Part shown: positions 56,777 through 62,042 of the stretch, piece by piece
How the letters are laid out: every line of letters starts with the position of its first letter
How positions within the stretch are numbered: the first letter of the stretch is position 1
NCBI GenBank assembly: GCA_035411585.1
Contig: DAONTI010000028.1
Span: forward strand, 1-62,042
Length of the DNA: 62,042 nucleotides
From: Verrucomicrobiota bacterium
GTDB taxonomy: Bacteria > Verrucomicrobiota > Verrucomicrobiia > Limisphaerales > MWDV01
Direction: 5' to 3'
Notes under the pieces: model-generated
The model's database searches: none
The model's input: the letters and a program-made list of their open reading frames with translations, nothing else
Told to the model about the DNA's origin: nothing
Made by a program: the position numbers and the translations under genes

Positions 56777-58099
56777 TTATACGAATTTGGTGCGGCCCGG
56801 CATCGCCATCGGCGCCACCGGCAACGGAGTTTTCCAGTCCAAGGTTTCCGGCACGAGCTGTTCCTGTGAATTCTGCATCATCTCCCAGGTGATCTCCTGG
56901 CCGGTGTAGGCGGCCATGCGCCCCATGATGCCCGCCAGCGTGCTGTTGGCTTCCCAGATGCCGTCGTTGATCGGTTTGCCGCTGCGGATGGAGGCGAACA
57001 ACTCGTCATGCTCGGTTTGATACATGTTGTTGGGCTGCCCGCGGAAGCGCCAGGTTTGCGCGCCGGTGATGCGCGGACCGCGTCCGTCAATGATCCCCTG
57101 GCCGGTGCTGCCCATCAGGAAATCGGAGTTTTCATTGAAACATCCACTGATCTGCCGCTGCCCCAAGAAAGCGCGCACACCGCCCTCCCATTCATAAACA
57201 ACATTGATGTGATCGAAGATGTTGCCTTCGTTATTGGGCGTCTGGCGTCCGCCGCTGGCCACCGCCTTGAGCGGCGGCACATCCTGCATCGCCCACATCA
57301 CCTTGTCCACGCTGTGTACCGCTTGTTCCACCAACCCATCGCCGCAAACCCAGACGAAATTGTACCAATGCCGCAACTGCCATTCCACGTCGCCCATGCC
57401 GGCAGGGCGCTGACTGGCGGGAGGCATCGGCTTGACCGGGCCCGTGAGATAAGTCGCATAAATGGCGCGTATGTCGCCGATCGCGCCGCTGTGAATCTGC
57501 TGGAAAAATTCCCGGCGCGCGGTGTCGTAGCGCCAGCACAAGCCCGCCACCCAGGCGAGTTTCTTTTCCGCCGCCATCCGCGCGGATTCGAGCACCGACC
57601 GCACTCCGACGGCATCCGTGGCAATGGGTTTTTCAACGAATTGATGTTTGCCGGCGATGACCGCGGCGCGCACATGCGCCGGACGAAATCCCGGCGGCGC
57701 CCCCTGCAACACCACGTCCACTCCGCTGTCAATGAGCTTTTGATAAGCGTCCAGCCCCACAAACTGTTTTTCGGGGGGCACTTTCACGCGATCCGCAATC
57801 GCCTTCTGTTTTTGGAGTGAATCCAGACTTTTGGCGACCGGTTCAGGAAACGCATCGGCCAAGGCGACCAGGACGGTGTTCGGATCCGCCTGCAACGCCT
57901 GGCTGGCCGCACCGGTGCCGCGGCCTCCGCAACCAATCAACCCGATTCGCAATGTTTCTCCGTTTTCCGCCGCCCCGGCGTTCCGGGAGAGAATGGCGGG
58001 CATGGCGAGCGCGGCACTCGCCACAGCGGAGGTTTTCAGGAATTGGCGGCGGGAAGTCGGCTGCCCTTGGAAATTTGAATGGCCCCAGTTCATATTCAT
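56777..58099 (-). CDS. Tat-exported Gfo/Idh/MocA-family NAD(P)-dependent oxidoreductase
   Basis: The Tat signal is SRRQFLKTSAVASAALAMPAILS. The Rossmann motif is IGLIGCGGRGTGAAS. The C-terminal alpha/beta domain is typical of glucose-fructose oxidoreductase-like enzymes. Confidence 0.85.
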   Translation of the reverse strand: MNMNWGHSNFQGQPTSRRQFLKTSAVASAALAMPAILSRNAGAAENGETLRIGLIGCGGRGTGAASQALQADPNTVLVALADAFPEPVAKSLDSLQKQKAIADRVKVPPEKQFVGLDAYQKLIDSGVDVVLQGAPPGFRPAHVRAAVIAGKHQFVEKPIATDAVGVRSVLESARMAAEKKLAWVAGLCWRYDTARREFFQQIHSGAIGDIRAIYATYLTGPVKPMPPASQRPAGMGDVEWQLRHWYNFVWVCGDGLVEQAVHSVDKVMWAMQDVPPLKAVASGGRQTPNNEGNIFDHINVVYEWEGGVRAFLGQRQISGCFNENSDFLMGSTGQGIIDGRGPRITGAQTWRFRGQPNNMYQTEHDELFASIRSGKPINDGIWEANSTLAGIMGRMAAYTGQEITWEMMQNSQEQLVPETLDWKTPLPVAPMAMPGRTKFV

Positions 58100-58277
58100 A
58101 AATCAGTACAGGAGTGATACGTCCTTGGCGCGACGGGGTCAAGCCATCGCTTGCCGGGTGCTCCGCTACGGACAGGCCGCTGAACCTTCGGCAAGCGTGG
58201 TTCCCAACCGGAACCGGCTAGCCGGGGTATTCCATTGACGGTTTAAGCCCATTTTTTCCACTCTGGAGCGGTCTGGC

Positions 58278-60344
58278 ATGAGCGCGTTACGGTGCGGCGT
58301 AATTTTCTGGGTGGCGTGGTTGTTCGGCTGGGGGCCGATGTTTTCCGCGTGCGCCGGGTCGCCCCCTAAACAAGCCTCGCTGGATGAATGGCGGGCGTTG
58401 ACTTCCCCCACATCGCCACCGCCCTGCGTGCGGGTGAAAGGCGACCGCGTCCGGATTTATTTTCCGCGCGCGGACGGCTGGGAGCTTTTCCAAGCGGACT
58501 GGCAACGGACGCGCGTTCCGACCGATCACTATCGCATCGCCTCCGCGCTGCTGCGCTGGCAACAAAAACTGGCCGCGCCGGCGGATCCGGAGAGCGGCTG
58601 GCGCGAAGCCCGGGTGATCGCCGGTGCGGAATGGCGGGAAATCTCTACCGGCCTATTTGAGCATTTGACGCCGGAGACACCCCTGCACGGCGCCTACTAT
58701 CAGGCGTTCTTTGCCGATGGTTTATTTTTCCGCGACGCCCAGGGCCGTCCACATTATGTGCCGGCCTCGGAACCTCAACCCGAGATCACCGTCGTCCGCC
58801 GATTCTCGATTGAGGAAACGCTGCAGGCGCTCTCCTCCGCGTTGGAAACCCACCTGCGGAAGATCCCTTCAGATGATTCGCTGTTTCTGATTCTGCCCAC
58901 CCGAACGCGTCGCGCGGTGCAACCGCTGCTGCTGGATCAAAAACATCGCCGGTGCGTGTTGCTCTCCCCCGCAGCGCTTTACGACACCACAGATCGCGGC
59001 CTGACTTGGGGCGGCGCGGCCGAGGGATTGGGCGCCTTGGTATTTGAAGGGCATGGCTTGGCGTTGCTCAAAAATCCGGTCTCCAGCGCGTTTCGCTTGG
59101 TGGATCTCGGCCTGCAAACCACCACCCGGTTTTTGCGGCGTCCGCTGCCGCGCCTTGCCCGGCAACGTCCCCTCACCGGACCGGAAAACACGATGGATCT
59201 GACTGAATGGGAGCGCTGGCTCGACACCTACACTGGCACCCGCCGGGAGGCTGGCTCGTTGAAATTGTTGATTGACGGCGAACAATTCTTTCCCCGCCTC
59301 CAACAGGCGATTGCCGTGGCTACCAACCACGTGCATCTCAACGTCTATATTTTCGATCGCGACGACGTGGCGGTAGCCTTCGCGGATCAACTCCGGGCGC
59401 GCGCGACGGAGATCGAAGTGAAAGTGCTCTCGGACCGGATCGGCACCCTGACCGCCGGCCTCTCGCCGCCGGCGACGGCGTTGCCCGAGAATTTTACCAT
59501 GCCGGCCTCGATCAACACCTATCTTAAACGCACATCCGACGTGCGGAAACGGTCGTTCCTCAATCCCTGGCTGAGCACGGATCACAGCAAGGTGTGCCTG
59601 GTGGACGGTTGTTACGCCTGGATGGGCGGGATGAACCTGGGCCGCGAATACCGCTATGAATGGCACGACCTGATGGTTGAATTGCAAGGGCCGGTGGTCC
59701 AGTCGCTGGAGGCGCAGTTTCGCGCGGATTGGGCGCATGCCGGTCCGCTCGGCGATTGCGGTTATGCCGTTAGGGCCCTGGCGGGGGACCATGCGGCGGT
59801 CCCGGTTGCCGCTTCCGGCGATTTTCCCGCCACCGTTCGCTTGTTGCCCACCCGGACGCTGTGGAAACCGATGGGCTCGGCGGTGCTCACGGCGATTCGT
59901 CGGGCGCGCGGTTACATCTATGTGGAAAATCCGTATCTCTACGATAAAAAAGTGACGGCGGCCCTGGTACGGGCCCGGCGGCGGGGCGTGGATGTCCGCG
60001 TGGTTCTGTCGCGCGTCAACGATTTTCCCGCCGGCGCCCGGAGCAACCTAGTCACCGCCAACTACCTTCTCGCGCACGGCATTCGCGTTTATTTTTACCC
60101 CGGCATGACCCACGTGAAAGCGTTGTTAGTGGATGACTGGGCCTTGGTGGGCTCCGGCAACCTGGACCACTTGAGCATGCGACTTTGTTTGGAACAAAAC
60201 ATCGCCACTTCAGACCCGGACTTCGCCGCCCAACTGAAACGCGATCTGTTCGAAGCGGATTTCCGCCGGTCCTATGAATTGACCGAACCGATCTCCGTGA
60301 CTTGGATGGATTTCATCGCCGACATAGTCATGGAGAATTTGTGA
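58278..60344 (+). CDS. Phospholipase D-family lipoprotein (two HKD motifs) with an N-terminal domain of about 300 aa of unknown function
   Basis: The lipobox-like signal is ...GWGPMFSAC. HKD motif 1 is HSKVCLVDGCYAWMGGMNLG. HKD motif 2 is THVKALLVDDWALVGSGNLD. Confidence 0.75.
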   Translation: MSALRCGVIFWVAWLFGWGPMFSACAGSPPKQASLDEWRALTSPTSPPPCVRVKGDRVRIYFPRADGWELFQADWQRTRVPTDHYRIASALLRWQQKLAAPADPESGWREARVIAGAEWREISTGLFEHLTPETPLHGAYYQAFFADGLFFRDAQGRPHYVPASEPQPEITVVRRFSIEETLQALSSALETHLRKIPSDDSLFLILPTRTRRAVQPLLLDQKHRRCVLLSPAALYDTTDRGLTWGGAAEGLGALVFEGHGLALLKNPVSSAFRLVDLGLQTTTRFLRRPLPRLARQRPLTGPENTMDLTEWERWLDTYTGTRREAGSLKLLIDGEQFFPRLQQAIAVATNHVHLNVYIFDRDDVAVAFADQLRARATEIEVKVLSDRIGTLTAGLSPPATALPENFTMPASINTYLKRTSDVRKRSFLNPWLSTDHSKVCLVDGCYAWMGGMNLGREYRYEWHDLMVELQGPVVQSLEAQFRADWAHAGPLGDCGYAVRALAGDHAAVPVAASGDFPATVRLLPTRTLWKPMGSAVLTAIRRARGYIYVENPYLYDKKVTAALVRARRRGVDVRVVLSRVNDFPAGARSNLVTANYLLAHGIRVYFYPGMTHVKALLVDDWALVGSGNLDHLSMRLCLEQNIATSDPDFAAQLKRDLFEADFRRSYELTEPISVTWMDFIADIVMENL

Positions 60345-60516
60345 ATGCCCCGACGCGACCACGGGGCTCTCCGCTCCAACGCCGAATAGAAGCAGCACAG
60401 ATTGCCGGGCGGACGGAAGAAGTGGAAAATTCCTCAACTAAAAACACCCCCCAACCGACCGGCGGAAACGCCACGGCTTAACCCCCACCAGGTTAATCGT
60501 GCCCGCAGGCCGCGCT

Positions 60517-61257
60517 TCACTGGATCGGCGGCTCTTCAAGCAGCCGGGCCAAGGTTGGTTCCATGGCCTCGGCCCAAACCCGGTAGCCCGCTTCGGTGGG
60601 ATGTAGAAAATCGCGCATCATCGCCCGGGAAATTTTGCCGTCCGGTTCGAGGAAGCGATGCCCGAAGTCGAGGAAAAATACGCGCCGACCATCCTCAAGA
60701 TGACGCAACGCTTGATTGATTTGCAGCGCCCGGCCGCGTTGGGGATTGAAATCTTCGCGGAACGGGAAAATGCCCAGTACCAGCACCTTGGTTTCCGGAC
60801 ACTTTTCGCGGATGCATCGGACCACCGCTTTCACGCCGTCGAGAATCTGGCCGGTGGTGTTGGTTTCGTGCGGGATGTTATTAACGCCGATCAACACCAC
60901 GGCAACCGCGGGGCTGAGGCCGTCCAAGTTGCCGTGTTCCAGGCGCCACAGCACGTGCTGGGTGTGATCGCTGCCGATGCCCAAATTCAACGCGTGACGG
61001 GGCGCGTAATACTGGGCCCACACCGCTTTGCCGTTGCCTTCCCAGCCTTGCGTGATGGAATCGCCCACAAAAATCAACCGGGCCGCGGCGCCGTTCTCTT
61101 TGACGCGCTGGTTCAACGTTAGGAACCGCTCGTGCGCCGCGCCCTCCCGGGGGACCGGGACGACGCATTGGTTTACGTCGGCATTGGTTGGTTGAGCGAT
61201 GGCCGGGACAACCAGCGCGAGCGCCAGGCTCCAAGCCAGAACGGAGGCGTATTTCAT
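60517..61257 (-). CDS. Secreted SGNH/GDSL hydrolase (PAF-acetylhydrolase-like)
   Basis: The signal peptide is MKYASVLAWSLALALVVPAIA. Block I is LIFVGDSITQGW, block III GVNN, and block V DFLHPT. I set the start at MKYASV. Confidence 0.7.
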   Translation of the reverse strand: MKYASVLAWSLALALVVPAIAQPTNADVNQCVVPVPREGAAHERFLTLNQRVKENGAAARLIFVGDSITQGWEGNGKAVWAQYYAPRHALNLGIGSDHTQHVLWRLEHGNLDGLSPAVAVVLIGVNNIPHETNTTGQILDGVKAVVRCIREKCPETKVLVLGIFPFREDFNPQRGRALQINQALRHLEDGRRVFFLDFGHRFLEPDGKISRAMMRDFLHPTEAGYRVWAEAMEPTLARLLEEPPIQ

Positions 61258-61550
61258 GCGCAAATAATTTTCAGCCAACTCCGCTTTGGCAAGCCTGAGA
61301 ACGCGTTGCGATCGGCCAACGATCGGGACACCCAATTGGCATTGGTGACAACGGCGTATTGGGTGGGATCACTTCCCGGCTAACCTGACAGCGTCGCGTC
61401 GAAAAGGAAAAGGCAAGGCGCGGGAGACCGGTGGCCGCCACGGCCTCGTTCAACCAAGGGTAGCTTCGGCGCTCCGTTCACGCGGGCCGCCCCCCTGTTC
61501 CATTTCACACCGCATCCCGCGCCCGCTCCGGCCAAAGCGATCGCGTTTCG

Positions 61551-61799
61551 TTAGCACGCGTTGTCATGGCTTTTGAACAGGCCGACCTCGGAGGCAATGA
61601 TCTGCAACTCGGAGTCACAGAGCAAAACCTGCAAATCGCCGCAACCATCGGTAAAATGAACCTCAGCGTAGAGCCAAATGTCGCCCGCCGCTGAGTCGGG
61701 AATCCGTACATCCCGCACCCCCAGAAACTGCAGTGTGTATATGCCCTCCCCGGGCACGGCAAGACGCAAGATGACCTCCGTGGGGTTCGGGCGTTCCAC
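61551..61799 (-). CDS. Hypothetical small ORF (possibly a fragment of a frameshifted gene)
   Basis: The 82-aa ORF has ordinary protein-like composition (ILRLAVPGEGIYTLQFLGVRDVRIPDSAAGDIWLYAEVHF...). It overlaps a less protein-like 155-aa ORF in another frame (61505..61972). Confidence 0.2.
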   Translation of the reverse strand: MERPNPTEVILRLAVPGEGIYTLQFLGVRDVRIPDSAAGDIWLYAEVHFTDGCGDLQVLLCDSELQIIASEVGLFKSHDNAC

Positions 61800-62042
61800 G
61801 GCAAGAATCTCGGCATCGTGAAAGTCCGCATCGCCAACTCACGCCAGCCCGGGGTGAACTGGTCCCGCGTGCGCGCCAACTCCTGACTATACCGCGCCCA
61901 AAGGCTGTTCCAGCGCGACTGGCCCCTCCAGTGGCTCAACTTCTGGCTTGCTTCACGGGTGAAGTATTTCATGGCATGTGCCGTAGCCTAACCCGAAAAC
62001 TGCATTAAAAAAAGTCGCAACGGAGGTTTCGGCCCAATATCT

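Noticed and set aside
1-62042. CRISPR arrays, IS elements and prophage
   Set aside because: I saw no regularly spaced 28-37-bp direct repeats, no transposase/integrase/recombinase-like ORFs, and no phage structural genes. The only strong direct repeats are the in-frame 312-bp units inside the giant gene.

Overview
This 62-kb window is high-GC (about 60-65% by eye) and densely coding. It looks like ordinary bacterial chromosome rather than an accessory island. I found no transposase, integrase, phage genes or CRISPR array, and a single tRNA (Pro-UGG). Gene content suggests a PVC-group organism, probably Verrucomicrobiota, but that is inference. The clues are a VPDGG-type PEP-CTERM protein, Tat-exported xylose-isomerase-like TIM-barrel and Gfo/Idh/MocA proteins, several SGNH hydrolases, and a giant coiled-coil signalling protein. 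I call about 50 protein genes. Recognisable ones are an ATP-cone/uridine-kinase-like fusion, a CHASE2 class-III nucleotidyl cyclase, fabD, long-form ispH, beta-carbonic anhydrase, an NfeD-flotillin pair, a LIV-type ABC importer, two aryl-acid-CoA-ligase (PaaK)/ACT modules (one with indolepyruvate:ferredoxin oxidoreductase IorAB and a hotdog thioesterase), a NupC nucleoside transporter, LemA + M48 peptidase, hisD, YifB/ComM, a Dus tRNA-dihydrouridine synthase, an HpnH-like radical SAM enzyme, a Tat-exported sugar-oxidation trio, and a PLD-family lipoprotein. The standout is a giant gene of about 2,450 aa on the minus strand (33433..40791). It reads REC - HPt - REC, then about 1,800 aa of coiled coil built from 104-aa units whose DNA copies are near-identical 312-bp tandem repeats, then a degenerate HATPase-like C-terminus. 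It sits directly upstream of a hybrid histidine kinase with a 7-TM sensor, so it looks like an unusual phosphorelay built around a filament-length coiled-coil protein. All domain calls come from my reading of conserved motifs in the six-frame translations. No database search was possible. Start codons were adjusted by eye where N-terminal extensions looked non-protein-like.
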